A program made the translations under genes and the position numbers. Below are positions 39,824 to 54,300 of a stretch of 64,000 nucleotides of DNA, piece by piece. Below the pieces are notes generated by a model. The model was not told where the DNA came from, ran no database searches, and saw only the letters and a program-made list of their open reading frames with translations. Position 1 is the first letter of the stretch. Every line of letters begins with the position of its first letter. Source of the DNA: Octopus sinensis. Its lineage: Eukaryota. The stretch lies in contig NW_021837039.1 in the NCBI RefSeq assembly GCF_006345805.1, positions 1 through 64,000 of the forward strand, given 5' to 3'.

Positions 39824-40609
39824 CTTCATCTCTGCATCTGTCGTAGTGCCACCTTCCACTTCCAATTTGTCTGTTTCCATCAGTTTGAGGGCATTTTGAA
39901 TTTCACTGATTATAATACCTCGGAGCTCTTCAAGCGTTTCTAGTGGTGTTGGGTAGAGCTTCGCTGATAATTTAAAAGGCATTGTGTAGATGTTTTTGCA
40001 TATAAACGCTTCACAGAAGACTGCTGTTTTTGTTCGCTGACTCTCAGCAATGAGAGAAAGCATAATCATTTTACATACATACATAGAGAGAAGCTTGTTT
40101 GAATGAGTTCCCTTTGAAAAACGTCGTAAGTGATGGACCCTTGATGAAATTGCAGCGACTAGGATACATAATTGCATACAGAATAATGTGCAGCCGCTGC
40201 AGTAGAAACATGCTGGTCATTATTATATATTCTGAAGAAAACATTTTTTAATAAAAGGTTTTGGATTTGAATAAATCTCCACTCTCGTCTTCATTTTCAA
40301 TATATATATTATATATATTATATATATATATATATATTATATATATATATATATATATGTATAATTATATATATATATTTATATATATATATTTATATAT
40401 ATATATAATAATAAAAATTGGGAATTTTACCAATAGAACTGCAACTCCTATTTCAGATAACCTTATTGTATGGATACACATAGAAAGTTATATCCAATAA
40501 AGTAATATAAGCATTAAAAAAAACTACTATAAAATGCAATAAAATTACTTGAAAAAATACATATCACTTACCTGTTATAAGTCTGTGGAGAAAGAAGATA
40601 TTTTTAATC

Positions 40610-40682
40610 AACGCTACACGTGTTTCTCCGCTGGTGGGTTGTTTATCAACAACCTAAATCCACCAGTGCGTGCTCAGGCTAT
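40610..40682 (-). ncRNA. Decayed minimal type-I hammerhead-like motif
   Basis: Minus strand: atagc-CTGAGCA-cgca-ctggtgg..(ggttgtt/aacaacc hairpin)..ccaccag-cgga-GAAA-c-acgt-g-TA-gcgtt. Palindromic ACGT loop and GUA triplet. The core is one substitution off and stem I is imperfect. Confidence 0.45.
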
Positions 40683-41689
40683 TTATCTTATTGTTATTAT
40701 TACTAACGGATCAAAGTTAAAAATACATATTATAAGTCATATTCAATAAAGAAATAAGAATATGAATAAAAATATAATAAAAATATATAAATTACAAATA
40801 TATTAAAAGAAAATTTTTTAATTTAAAAAAATTTAAACAATTGAACACCTAAAATTACATTACCGATGTATATATAGAAAATGCTAAACCTTAGAAAACC
40901 CTCAACGACTATATTAGAAACACACCAAATCCTACAACCTATCTATATAAACATTACGGGAATTAATAATTTAGTGTAAAATTTACCCCAATCTATACAA
41001 GTATTAATTTCCATTTTTAATGTCAAACGTGAGTTAATAGTATTTAAAAAGATTATTTAGTATAAAATACTATATACGTTATAAATTTATTGAATAAAAC
41101 TAGTAAAAAATCTAGTAAAAATTAATAAAGGAAGAATACTTATCGACATAATTTTTACTCCTTGTTCCTGTGCAAATGGCGGCTCCCTCTGTCATGCGCT
41201 AAGTATTATGGATATAAGATAAATAAAATAAAATTTTCTGAAAAATTCTCTAAGACTAATAATATTAGAGAGGTTGACTCCAAGGGGAGATAATAACTAG
41301 ACACTCTTAAATCTAGCTGTAACTAGATATTTAAAATAGTGTTTAGGATTTAGAGTTTTATGTTAGATTAAATGTGGCCTGTCTATTCCTTTTAAGGTAA
41401 TATTGTTTAATAAATTCTTGGTTCCTGGTATATCCGTATCTAATCCTACTATAAAATTCTATTATAACTACATTTAACTATCTTCCTCATAATTGTTTAA
41501 GAGATTACATACTGGGTGGATGGGGAGTTACAATTTATTCACCGTCTAAACTATGCAAAAATGAAAATAATACATTTCATTTTAACAGATATATTTACCA
41601 AAATTACGTAAAAATGTCTTGAAATACTAAAGAATAAGTTTATTCAATAAAATTGCTTGTTTAAGTTGGTGAATGATACTATATTCCTT

Positions 41690-42706
41690 GCCTTCAGTTC
41701 TGTGCCCCACACATAATAATGAATGAGGTTGCAGTCTGGGGAGTTAGGTGGACAGATGTTAGGGGTGATGTGGTCTCAGAAATTGTCTGACAGCCATGAC
41801 TCGCTTCCCCTGCTTGTGTGCCATGGGGCAGAGTCCTGCTGCCAGACATAGGATCTTCCAGTAGCCACCCCCTTGATGCAGGGCAGCACTACTTCCGCCA
41901 GGCACTTGATGTAGGCCTCCGTGTTGAGTGTGAGGCCATGTGGGAAGATGAACGGAGGCATATTCATTTACATACAAACTAGTGATCACTCCAAACACCA
42001 TGATGTTGACTGGATGTTTGATTTTTATCACTCCCAGTGCATGTTTTTGGATACAATAAGCCAACGGTTTTTTCTGTATTTACCATCTGATCCTGGCAGA
42101 CATTTTTCTCGTTTGAGAAAACCAAAGCATGTTCGGTAGGAGAGCTTGTTTGAGCTTGTTCAAAAGTTTGTAGCGCAGTCTTTCCTCTTGTCCTTGATGG
42201 CTTGGGGTTAAAAGCTGACCCTTTCTCATCTTGTATGAGGAATACCAAATGTTTTCATGCTCTACCTGCCTGATAAAAATCTCAGACACTCCTATATATC
42301 TGGCGATGGATTTGATTACTTGATCGTTGTCAATCATGGCTTGGGTCTCACCAACAAATTCAGGAGTTCTTTTCTTATCAGAATAATCAGAGTGAATTTT
42401 CCGAACTGTCGTACCATCGTAATCACCATTAGACTCATCCAACTCCTTCTGAATCCTCTGCACTGTCCTCAGATTGGCACCAAATACTTTCAATTATTCG
42501 TATTAGAGATTCCGGCGCAGATGCCAAGCATTACAGCATGTTGTTCCAAAATTTCTGGCAGAGTGAACTGCGTCATGGTGCTGTATTTCTCACAGACGGT
42601 GTCCAATTGATCCGACTATACTGTGTAGTCGACAAAATCAAAAACAGACAACGTACATGCGCGAATAAAAAATTACAAAATGGCGATTTACCTATCGCAC
42701 CCAATA
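41690..42706 (-). mobile_element. Tc1/mariner transposase relic, DD37D (maT-like) spacing
   Basis: FSNEKNVCQD (D1 decayed), WQQDSAP, NSPDCNLIHYYVWG. 37 residues separate D2 from the expected third-D position (now H). One TIR-like end at ~42706 followed by (TA)n. Confidence 0.85.
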
Positions 42707-43637
42707 TATATATATATATTATATATATATATATATATATATGTACATACGTACATATATACACAGATTCATACATTCATACATATATATACATACATAC
42801 ATAGACGCACAATATATATATATATATCAAAAGATGTGTGTATATATATTAGTTTGTAGTTACACCTGTACAAAAAAAAATTTTATGCAAACACCAGAAG
42901 TAACTGCACCGTTCTTTATCTATAGTCAATACTTATATACATACATCTTACTCAGTTTAACCTAATATTCGAAACCCGGCCACTTAAATTTCTGAATATC
43001 ATCTATATCTGAGCTGTATTTCTATACGAATCTAGTTTCCCCTCACCTCTGTTGCATATACGTTGGAATGAACCCTGACTAGAAAATCAAGCTATTTCTT
43101 TTTATACTATAAACATCAAACGTAATATGCTGTGTGAGGAAAGCAGCTAAACCGAAAATTCTACGTCATTGTCAACCTTTCCCTTCTGAAAATAATATGC
43201 GTTTGTATTTGCAGGTAGTATTAAGAATAAACTAATGTAAGGAAAATGTAAATAGTACTCAACAGAATAAATTTTTATTACATTATATCTAATGTAACAC
43301 TACCTTAACAAATATAATTTGATATTTTGTGAAGTCGTTGTTATTATCAGATTGCTTTTTGAAAAGTGTTAGCGCTTTAAATGTATTTTACTCTTTATCT
43401 GGTATCTCGATCAAATAGCGTAAATATTTGTGGCATTATGAGGTAATGAATGAACAGACCACTTTCCTTGTGATAATTAGTAATCTATCTACAAATATCC
43501 AAAACAATATGCTGCCTTCGACTGGTACAGTTAGCAACACGTGTAATCCAATATAATAAAACACCAGAGTATGGGTTGTTTTTTTAATATTGTTTCTTGT
43601 TCGTAACATTCGAATAAAATTGAACGTTAAAGAGAGA

Positions 43638-43674
<37 letters not shown>

Positions 43675-46253
43675 AGCGAGAAGGGGAAGCGGAAGGTGCG
43701 AGTATTATAAAAAAAATAGTGAGGGATTGAATGTGCGCTAAGAGTAAGCTTGGCAGATCGAGAATGAGATTTAGAATTGAGAATTATACTAAGACAAGCA
43801 ATATGTACGACGCTAAACTATGTGGTGTAGGCTGGAAGTTTCGACAGCATTTGCTTTTATAATAGAGCATAGGTTGCAATTAAAGATCATGTACACATTT
43901 TACTGTAATATAACAGTTGTAGTAAACAGCAATATTTACATTACAGAAAAACTATACAGCTTGCAGTGTGTAATATTACATTACATTTTATAACATGATA
44001 CTACTGCATTTTACAGGGTTATTCAAAACATTTCATAAAAATATAGAGTATCCGTTTACACCAACGTTTACATTTTACACCATTTTACGGAATGCAGTTT
44101 ACAAGAACGATATTATTTCACAATATATTACAGGTAGTCGTTTACAAATATTTACAATATGTATGTATATATTATGGCAGAGATGGAAGCCAAATATTTA
44201 CTACCTTCTCTAATAGGATATAGTTACAGAACGGCGTATACAACCTCTTACTCTATCAACAAATATTAAATGCGCATTAAATCTAAAGTTCTCTACCAGC
44301 AACATTTTTTACATCTATTTTAGAGGGAAAAGAAACAATTTGTCAGTCTGTTTTGTTAATTAGTTATCACAGGTTTCCACTGTTCTTATTTCTACTAAAG
44401 AACACATTCAATATTTTTTTTTGACAAATATATTTCAGATCTAACATATGTGTCGAGATCTGTTATTTTCGCAACAATGGGAAGAATACTATGGAACTGC
44501 TTTATCTTCAATATAAAGGGTTGAGTTATATGACTTGGAACTATATTCACTGTAGGCATCAATACTCTGTCTCCTCTTCTGCTGTCACTCTTAATTTCTG
44601 GAATGCATTGATGCAATGAATTCCTGAAGGTCTAGAGTCTTTCAGTAGGCTATTCCTGGTTACAGGTTGACATGAACATTATAAGAGAAAAAGCATTTAG
44701 TATTTGCTCACGAGAAGGTAATCCCAAAAGATAAGCTGATTCAAATCATCTTAAAAATAATTTACTTCCGGGTGCAATAGAATGGTATTCGTACTCATAT
44801 TTTCTAAGAATATAAGAATATAAAAGGGCATTTGGTAATTCATCTGTTAACATCGGAGTTGCATTTACTGTTTTGTATTGAAGAATTTCTAAGCGAAATT
44901 GCAAAGATGATAAAGATGTAACTAGGATGGGTACAGGAAGACTGAGTTTACTGTGAATTGTTATCACTCGTCAACAAATAAACAGAAATGTCAGTTGTTG
45001 CAGAGGACCACACGTTCTTACTATGAACGTTTTGTAAATCTATTGTTTTATTGAACTTTTATAAGCATTATGGAAACGCCCTTCACTATCGCCAACGAAT
45101 ATTTTCAGAAACTCGTTCAAAGCATATAAGTTGAGGTCATTTAAACTTTGTGGTGGTGTTAAATTGCATCATTCTCCACGTAAAAATCTTTATTGACATC
45201 ATTAAAAGTTGTTATACATCCAGACAGTCCTCTGTTACTGCAGTGCATGAAGTCAATTACGCTAATAAATTACGCAAAATACATTTTAGCGAACTTCCCT
45301 GTATGTTCCTACCATCTGCTAAGAAATCTTAAATAAATCCTTACTCAAGCCATTGGAATAAGGACAGAGGACCAAGCTGTCCAGTTAGAAGTTATCTAAC
45401 GATCCAAAATTCTTTTAGTTGATGACACAATCTGTTTTTCTTTACAGCTTCCGATATATATCGTACCATTATATTGTTATCATTATTTAGAAAATTTTTC
45501 TTGCAGCTGATGCTTTTATAAGTGTTATGAATAACGTTGTCACGAGCAGGAGCTCTCTTCAAGTATGTAATAATGATAACAATGCCAACAACAACAACAA
45601 CAACGATGACGACGACGAGAGCAACAACAACAACAATCTTAAATATAATCTCTCAATTTTCTGCAGATGAACAGCATGCATTCTTGTGATTATTTTATCT
45701 CCTCAATTATTTTCTGTTTTCATGCTGTTGTCCTTTTGTTACAGTCACAATAACAGAGAATTTTAGAGTAGGCATACCCTCTGGCAGCTTCTTAATTTTC
45801 CATTTTAGTCTAAAATATACCGTAAATAATTGTTTCTATGTAAGGCATTTTTTAAAGAAAGGCTCTATTTCAGGTGTATTCTGGGAAGTAAATTGGATGA
45901 TCATGGTTCGAAATGTATTGGAACTACGTAATGAAAGTGTAGGAAGAACCATGCACTCAGTATACCATCAACCTCCACCTTATTTCTGTGAGCGTTGACG
46001 TATTAGCTATTTATGTATTGAGTAATTCCATCATAAATAAATACATTACGTTCTTGTATTTCTACGTCTGTACAATTATATTTGCAATAATTGTCCTTGG
46101 AAATATATTTCACAGAGATAAGGAGTAAATTCTAGAGTTGATGTGTCGTTGTTGCACATTACTTATTTGTTGCCTGGTACATTTCAGTTGTCAATTTGAT
46201 AATTACCTGTTTACAGCAAACTTCAGAAGAGAGAATAAGACAGGGAGATAGTG

Positions 46254-46303
<50 letters not shown>

Positions 46304-47455
46304 GGAGAGAGAGAGAAAGAGAGGGAGAGAGAGAAAGATGGATAGTATTTCTTTATCTTGTAGCTTTTGTAGCATCTCTGAGGTCTTTAGAAAACTATTT
46401 GGAATATTTATTGTTTGCCATAGAGGGTTCATTGGTTTGACGTATAGAATATTGTAAACAGTTAACTCTATGATAGGATCTGGAAGCACTGCACACAAAA
46501 GTTCCGCAGTTCATGTGAGATCATTGAAAGCAACTTTGTCTTGTAATATGATGATAAAATAAGAGTGAAATATTCCACATTTTGAAATACAATAGGACAA
46601 GGAGAACTTATCCAATGGAATTTACCGTGCGTAAACCACAATATGCCAGGAGAGTTATTAACAGGAAAGTGCGAATTAATGTTTCTCTTTTCTCAATCTC
46701 CAATGAAATCCGATCTTTATTTTCGAGCATGATGACAGTAATGGACATGTTTCGGATTTGTTAGACCTCATTAGTGATGATAAGCATCACAGTACTATTA
46801 TCCATATTACAGTCTTCGTTAAAAAAGGTTTCTTTTAAGACATTTCTCTCGCTCTCTACCTCTTTCTCTCTCTCTCTCTCTTTCTCTTCCTCTCTGATCA
46901 CCCCTCACCCACAGAGACATATATGGAGAAAATAAGCGAAATACTTTATTTCAAGTTCAAAACATCAGAAACCGCAGCTGCAAGTTTTATGGAACTGGTC
47001 GCCAGATAAGAGTGAATTTATGAAGAAGTACAATGGTTTTACATGGTACCGTGTGAATCAGTAGAGAAATCATCAAATAAACTTTGAAAACTGATTGTAG
47101 AAGAGTTTGTTCACATTTCAAAACTGATAGAATCTTTTGGAGAAATCGATTGATCATTGAAAAATAATGTAACACAAACATGAATAACGAGTGTATTTAG
47201 TTGAATAAAACGAAGTATTATGCCTTGAAGAAAGAAAATATTTATATATTTTCTGCCGTCAAGAAAAAAATCCAGGTGAAAAAGCCATTTTAGAACTTAA
47301 GAAACATACACAAAATGGTTTGATAATAACATTAAAAACCAAACAAGAACAAATTCATAGCTGTAAAATAAAATTTGTTGTAATGGACGGGTGCAGAGAG
47401 TAAAAAGGAGTGAAAGTGAGTTTTGTATAAAATAAAGTGAGGCGAGGTAGTGAAG

Positions 47456-47543
<88 letters not shown>

Positions 47544-48590
47544 ACAGAGAAGAGAAAGAGAGAAGGAGGGAAAGAGAGAGAGAGAGAGAGAGGTTTGTTA
47601 AAGAAGTATGGAATGAATAAAATGCTTGAATAGCGAATGGGTACAAACGTAGGTGCATCGATACTTAATTTCAGTCTGAACAATATGAATGGAGTCATAC
47701 ATACATACATATATACATACATACATAGATACATACATGCACACACAAACTCATGCACACATGCACACACACACACACAAGCACGTACATTATTTGTACG
47801 ATTAAGAATACTACAGAAAGTTTTCAAGAAAAGCGTTTGCCTCTTTTTTTTTTCTTAAGTGTTGGAAGCAATTGGTAAAATGCCCCTAGATTTTGCGTCC
47901 AACACATTAATTGAACTACACGAATAATTATATGGATAACATCTCTTACATTATATTCTCTCTTCCCCAAACCGTCACCACCTCCTTTATTTAGCCTTCT
48001 TTTATCCTGTTAGATAAGCTGTTACCGTTCTCTTATAAATTTCTCCCTCCCAACCCAACGACAACCAAGATACATACACAAGGTACATACACAACCCCAC
48101 CTCACCCTCTCTGCAAAAACCCTTCGTACCATTCTTCGATTTAATTTACCGCTTCGTTACCGAATATATACCTAAAAGAGAACACTTCTAAGTATTATCA
48201 CTTTCTCTCTCCTTCCGAAAAAGGACAAGTATCTGAAACGTCAATTTATTATCTTCTTTACAACATAAAAAGATATTCCACTGATCTATTAGTATTGCTT
48301 TTACTGAAGCAGAATATAACAATTTCATCAGAATCTAATAAATGTATCTTCATCTATGTTTATATGTATTCAGTGTGTATATGTGTGTGTATGTGTCAAG
48401 TGTGTGATTGTACAGGCACATGTGGGTATGCTAGATTTTAATCAACTTCAACGAAAGTAAATTTTATTGATATTCCAGAAATGATCTTTTTCAGCTGTTA
48501 CATTAATTCTTTCATTATCTTTGTCTTTCCATCTCGCATACACAAACACTAACACACACAGTCACATACACAAGCATGCACACACGTACA

Positions 48591-48621
<31 letters not shown>

Positions 48622-48744
48622 TCATATTCGTGTGTATGTGCTCATATTCGTGTGTATGTGCGTGTGTTCATGTTTGTGTGTGCGTGCGGTGTAGCAAGAA
48701 TATTTACCAGTCGGTATCTTTAACCCTCCATATATTAATATCTC

Positions 48745-48799
48745 GTTATCTATCCATCTATCTATCTATCTATCTGTCTATCTAACTATCTATCTATCC

Positions 48800-48867
<68 letters not shown>

Positions 48868-48896
48868 GTCTATCTAACTATCTATCTATCCATCTG

Positions 48897-48947
<51 letters not shown>

Positions 48948-48956
48948 GTCTGTCTA

Positions 48957-48997
<41 letters not shown>

Positions 48998-49010
48998 GTG
49001 TCTGTCTATC
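48745..49010. repeat. (TCTA)n/(TCTG)n array with no Tx1 terminus attached
   Basis: Direct reading. The flanks do not match either Tx1 end. Confidence 0.93.
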
Positions 49011-49262
49011 AATCAATTAATCAACTGGCTGTTGTCGCGACGTCACCCGTAAGTTTAAAGAGTTTCTGCTTTATTAATTTGTAAACAATTTTTGTCAATA
49101 AATTCTCCCTTTAAGTATTTAAGGGAGAATTTTCGGGTTTCAAAAAACTATTTAAAAAAATGAATAGCTTGTTCCGAGACCAGCAGCGTCTCTCTAACCC
49201 ATTTGGACGTTGACATTTCTCCGTTACCAACAGCAACGAGTAAGATAGAAAGCATTCCCTCA

Positions 49263-49338
<76 letters not shown>

Positions 49339-49539
49339 CACAGTTGAACAACGACACTAGCGTTCCTACCGAACAAATGGGAAGAGAAAGGAAACACAAT
49401 GACTGTTGCTACCACCACTGCCTCCACCACCGCCTCTACCACTTAGACCACTTAGACCCGGTGGGTAGGCTGGTCTTCTTGGATGTCGATGGCAGTAATG
49501 GGTGTGCTCTCCGACTGGTAACGGTATATACACTGTCCT

Positions 49540-49945
49540 GAAGGTGGCGAGCTGGCAGAAACGTTAGCACGCCGGGCGAAATGCTTAACGGTATTTCGTC
49601 TGCCGAGGATGAAAGCCGAGGTCGACTTTGCCTTTCATCCTTTCGGGGTCGATAAATTAAGTACCAGTTAAGCACTGGGGTCGAAATAATCGACTTAATA
49701 CCTATGTCTGTCCATGTTTGTCCCCTCTATGTTTAGCACCTTGTGGGTAATAAAGAAATAGGTATTTCGTCTGCCGTTACGTTCTGAGTTCAAATTCCGC
49801 CGAGGTCGACTTTGCCTTTCATCCTCTCGGGGTCGATAAATTAAGTACCAGTTACGCACTGGCGTCGATGTAATCGACTTGATCCGTTTGTCTGTCTTTG
49901 TTTGTCCCTCCTGTGTGTAGCCCATTGTGGGTAGTAAAGAAACAG
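49540..49945 (+). mobile_element. Dimeric SINE family 1 (Tx1-like tails) with decayed 16-bp TSD
   Basis: TSD gtatatacactgtcct (49524-49539) vs gtatgtgcaccgtcct (49946-49961), 13/16 identical. Internal restart at 49763. Confidence 0.88.
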
Positions 49946-50358
49946 GTATGTGCACCGTCCTTATCAGATCAGGCGGATTTCCTTCGACGTCTAGAGGTTT
50001 TCATGGAAACGTCTCGAGCTATCTTGGACACGCGTCTAGACTATGTAGGTATAGATAGGAAGAGAAAGGGATAGAAAAATGCCTCAAAGACATGCTCAGC
50101 TGTTTCCACTCGATTGTGCCAATGTGGACATGAACCAACCGCATTGAGTCGTCCAGATCGTATTTAGATAGAGTATTCAGAAGGACAGTAGATAGGGATA
50201 ATGTAGGTTGTCCACAATTTCCCATAGTCCGTTACGCAGATCAAAAATTCGTGACCTGTACGCTCGATTTAGGTAAGGATCATAGGCAGGGTCCCGGATA
50301 CTCGAAATTGAACGCATTGCTCCTGCTCAACAAGTTTACAAAGACGTATTAAAGCATT

Positions 50359-50920
50359 AGAAGAGAAAAAGAAGAAGAAGAAGAAGAAGAAGAGAGAAGA
50401 AGAGAGAAGAAGAAGAAGAGAAGAAGAAGAAGAAAGAAGAAGAAGAGAAGAAGGAAGAAGGACAAAAGAGAAGAAGAAGAAGAAGAAGAAAAGACGAAGA
50501 AGAAGAAGAAGAGAAGAAGAAGAAGAAGAAGAAGAAGAAGAAGAAGAAGAAGCGAAGAAGAAGAAGAAGAAGAAGAAGAAGAAGAAGAAGAAGAGAAGAG
50601 AAGAAGGAAGAAGAAGGAGAGAAGCTTCGTGGGAATATGTGGATTTGACGAGCGGTCCCCAACAATCCCGCATGTAAAGACATCCTGTTTGCCACAGATT
50701 GTCCACAGACGCAGGGGCAGAACGACCGAGGAGCCGCCGGTTGCCAAAACAGACACTCCGAGGATTTTCTCCGGGTTGTGGCCCTAATACCACTCGGTGT
50801 CCGACCAATCCGCCTTGGGTGGCTCTGCCAGGAACCGAAGTTCCCGACGGCATAGCTCTGACACTACCCGTTGCCAGCGTCCCCACCACGGTGAGGAGGG
50901 GATGGACTTTGGGGACGCAC
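50359..50920. mobile_element. (GAA)n tract plus ~290-bp GC-rich insert inside Tx1 copy E
   Basis: The Tx1 sequence resumes at ~50921 (gcattag / gcactag junction repeat). The insert recalls Expander/Rex3-type RTE 5' regions, from memory only. Confidence 0.45.
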
Positions 50921-51265
50921 TAGTTAAGAGGGAGTTGACGGGAGACATTGTCAACAACGATTGGTTGTTTTCCCAATAGAGGGCAATTAAAGCAGAATCG
51001 CTTAGTTATAGCAAGGCTTTAGCGATAGAGCGAAATAAAATAGAGGGAGAAATATCCATGACAACCATCACCTCAAGGTAGTTAAGGAACATGGCATGGT
51101 ATGTGTCGACCATAGATACTTGACGGCTGTCCTTAAGGCGACTGGTTTCGGTCCAGTCTTTCGCAGTTGGATCGCTGGTTTATACAGCGGCATCCGCTCA
51201 GTAGTTCGAGTAAATGGCCATCAACGTAGACCATTTACCGTCTCGTCACTACTGTATATATTGAC

Positions 51266-51385
<120 letters not shown>

Positions 51386-54300
51386 CGGACGTGCTGTCAC
51401 TTCGGCTCCGAAGGTAATCGTTTATTTTGACTATTTATAGCCCATATTTTGTGTACATTTTTTAAATAAGGTGTGTAAGGCACCCAACTTTCATTTGAGT
51501 GCTTTTCCAAGGGAGGAATTCGCCCCTAGCGGCATTTTCAACCCTATTTAATTTGCGTAATTTTCTTCTCGACATTAAAAAAATGTCGAGAAATTTTATT
51601 GTAGAACGCTGGTCGCGTTCTTTTATGGACCAGCATTTTCCTAGTCTGGAAACGCGAGGAGAAAAAAAGAACGTATGCACGCAAAGTGTAAACCTGAATG
51701 ACGTGGTAGTGAACGCTGCAACCACTTGCGGTAACAGCCCTGTCACCCCACCACTAACAACAACAACAACGAGACTACTACTGCTACCACCACCACCTCC
51801 ACCACACGACAACATAAAATGATAAAAATGAAACTCACGCGAATACTATTAAGAAAAAACAACAAAAACAACAATAACAATAAAAATGAACTATCTAATA
51901 GTGAAGATGTTATATAAAAATCAACAACACCAGTAAATTTCGCTGACACTCTGCGTCAGAAGAAGAAAAATAGTAAAATTTACAAATGAAGAGCTAATAG
52001 AAACGAGAGCTCTCTATACAACCCGTGGGCAAGATTTAGTGCTGCATACACCTCAACACATAAAGGAACAAATAGAAAATAAAACAATTATATATAAAAT
52101 TATAAGAAAAAACAAAAAACAAAATGAACAGATTACAAAAACGGATATAGAAAAATGTTTAAAAAATATAATGAAACAAAAGAATATATAAACTGGGGTC
52201 CCCAGTTTAACACAGTAGTGGTCCGCTTCCCTAACCAGGAAGTGGCAAAAGCTCACTCTACCAAGTCTTTGGAAAATGAGGATATCAAAATGGTACCTTA
52301 TTTCAAAGGCCAGAGAGTGAGTAGAATTACTATTAAAAATGTACCCCCCGAGATCCCGAACAAATGGATAACAGGGGCAATCTGTTACCATTTGAAAAAG
52401 ATCAATATTTTAGAAACCATCGTGTACCTAAACGACAATTGGGGTGGAAAAACAATAGTAGTGACCATCCAGATTGAGGGGGCCTCGATCGAGAACCTAC
52501 CCGATAGGATCCACTTAGAAAATGGGCAAAGCCTATATGTTGTGGCAGAAGGCAAAATGCCTAGATGCTACAACTGTGGCAGCCTAGAGCATTTAATTGC
52601 CAAGTGCGCTCTAGCACAGAAAAAAACAAGAAAGAACAAATCAGAAAACAAATAAAAAAAACCCGTTGCCAACACCAACACCAACACACTCAATTATGGA
52701 ACAATGCCAAGAAGAAAACCAACAATCCAGCAAACAAACCCCAAAACATCACCAAGAAAAGAAACAGTACCAACAAAATCACCGTTGACGACGCAACCAA
52801 TTCATCATGCTGAATCAAAAGATAGCACCACACCAACATCCAGGACGACAATTAAAAAGACAGAAAACAGTGACGAGAAGACAAATTCTACCCCTAACAC
52901 CACAACAACACAAACACCGCACAAAACATCAACAATTTCTACAAGCATACATATTAACGCAAATGCTTTGCCTTTACCCCCTTCTGATACGCCGGACGAC
53001 GAAAGTTCGACGGAATGGCAAATAGCCACAGGAGGTAAAAGTAAAAGATAAAAAAGCCCACCAAACAAGGAAGTAAAGCAGGGATATATTTAACTCCGGA
53101 CAGCATCCCCTAGACAATAAAAAAATCAATGAACCCGCAAAACCACACACACAACTAACTGCAATAGTCATAGACAATAAAATATTAATGGATTACATTG
53201 TATCCAACACGGACATCTGTGAAGATGACTTTAAGACAAACAATCATCCGCGCACCACACCACCGAAGCTCATAAAAATTGTACACATAACACAAACACA
53301 ACACCATACACTGAAAACAATATTTCCAAATGCGGTAGGCGGGTTTCAACGTTACCTCTCCAAAAAACTACACAAACACCTCATCAAAGACACTACAAAA
53401 GAAGAAGAAAAATATGAAACTTTCGAAATGAGTAAGTGACCTTCCCTCTTGCCTCTTGTCTCTTCCAATGTAGTGTGTGAAACACAATTTTCGTAAACGT
53501 CAATTATGCTTAAATTAGGTTGTGTGAACATGGGTGGTGGAGGTACCGCGGTGCTTTTTCGAAAGAGTCTAAATGTAAAAGTAAGAGCAATATTCCTAGA
53601 CCCGGAGGGTAGGCTGGTTGTCTTGGACGTGGATGGCAGAAATCGGTGTGCATTCCGTCTGATGACAGTTTATGCACCGTCCTTAACGGGTCGGGCGGAT
53701 TTCTTCAGACGGCTAGAGGTTTCCTGGTACGTCTAGACCTTTACTGTTAGTAGGGGATTGGAACGCTACCTTGGACGCATCTAGATTATGTGGGAAGGGA
53801 TAGGAATAGAAGGGGGTGTAAGAGCCTCAAAGACCTGCTCAGACGTTTCCATTGTCTGACAGGTTCCGACTCGACCATCCGAACGTGCCAACGTGGACTT
53901 GGACAAACCGCGTCGGATCGTCGAGATCTTATCTAGATAGAATTCTATGCAGGACAGCGGATAGGGATAGTGTAGGATGTCCACAATTTAAAATAGTCAG
54001 CTACACAAATCACAAATTTATGACGTGTTCGCTCAACTTAGATAAAACACATAGGCAGGATCCCGGTTACTGGAAACTGAACACGTCGCTCTTAGCGCGA
54101 CAGGTTTACAGGAACCGGATTAGCGAATTAATTAAGAGGGCACTGACGGGAGCCGTCGTTAACAACCGCTGGTGGTACGCCCTGAAAATGGCAATAAAAT
54201 CGGAATCAATTAGGTTTAGCAAAGAATTAGTGATAGATCGAAATAGAGTAGAGGGAGACCTGGTTACGAAACTAGAAGAGGCACTCACCACTGGCGGCGC

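Larger units (their letters stand above)
38165..40180 (-). mobile_element. RTE-clade LINE RT relic, interrupted by a SINE and a MITE
   Basis: Minus-strand pieces ISEIQNALKLM, NNYRPLCLLSHL, EQAAVR, DHVFTL, DYEKAF, GVEQ..SPKIFTACL, GVNINGEQL, EEVNEYVY. Confidence 0.85.

Noticed and set aside
40400-41600. Mitochondrial insertion (NUMT)
   Set aside because: AT-rich, but I found no recognisable mitochondrial gene or rRNA motif.
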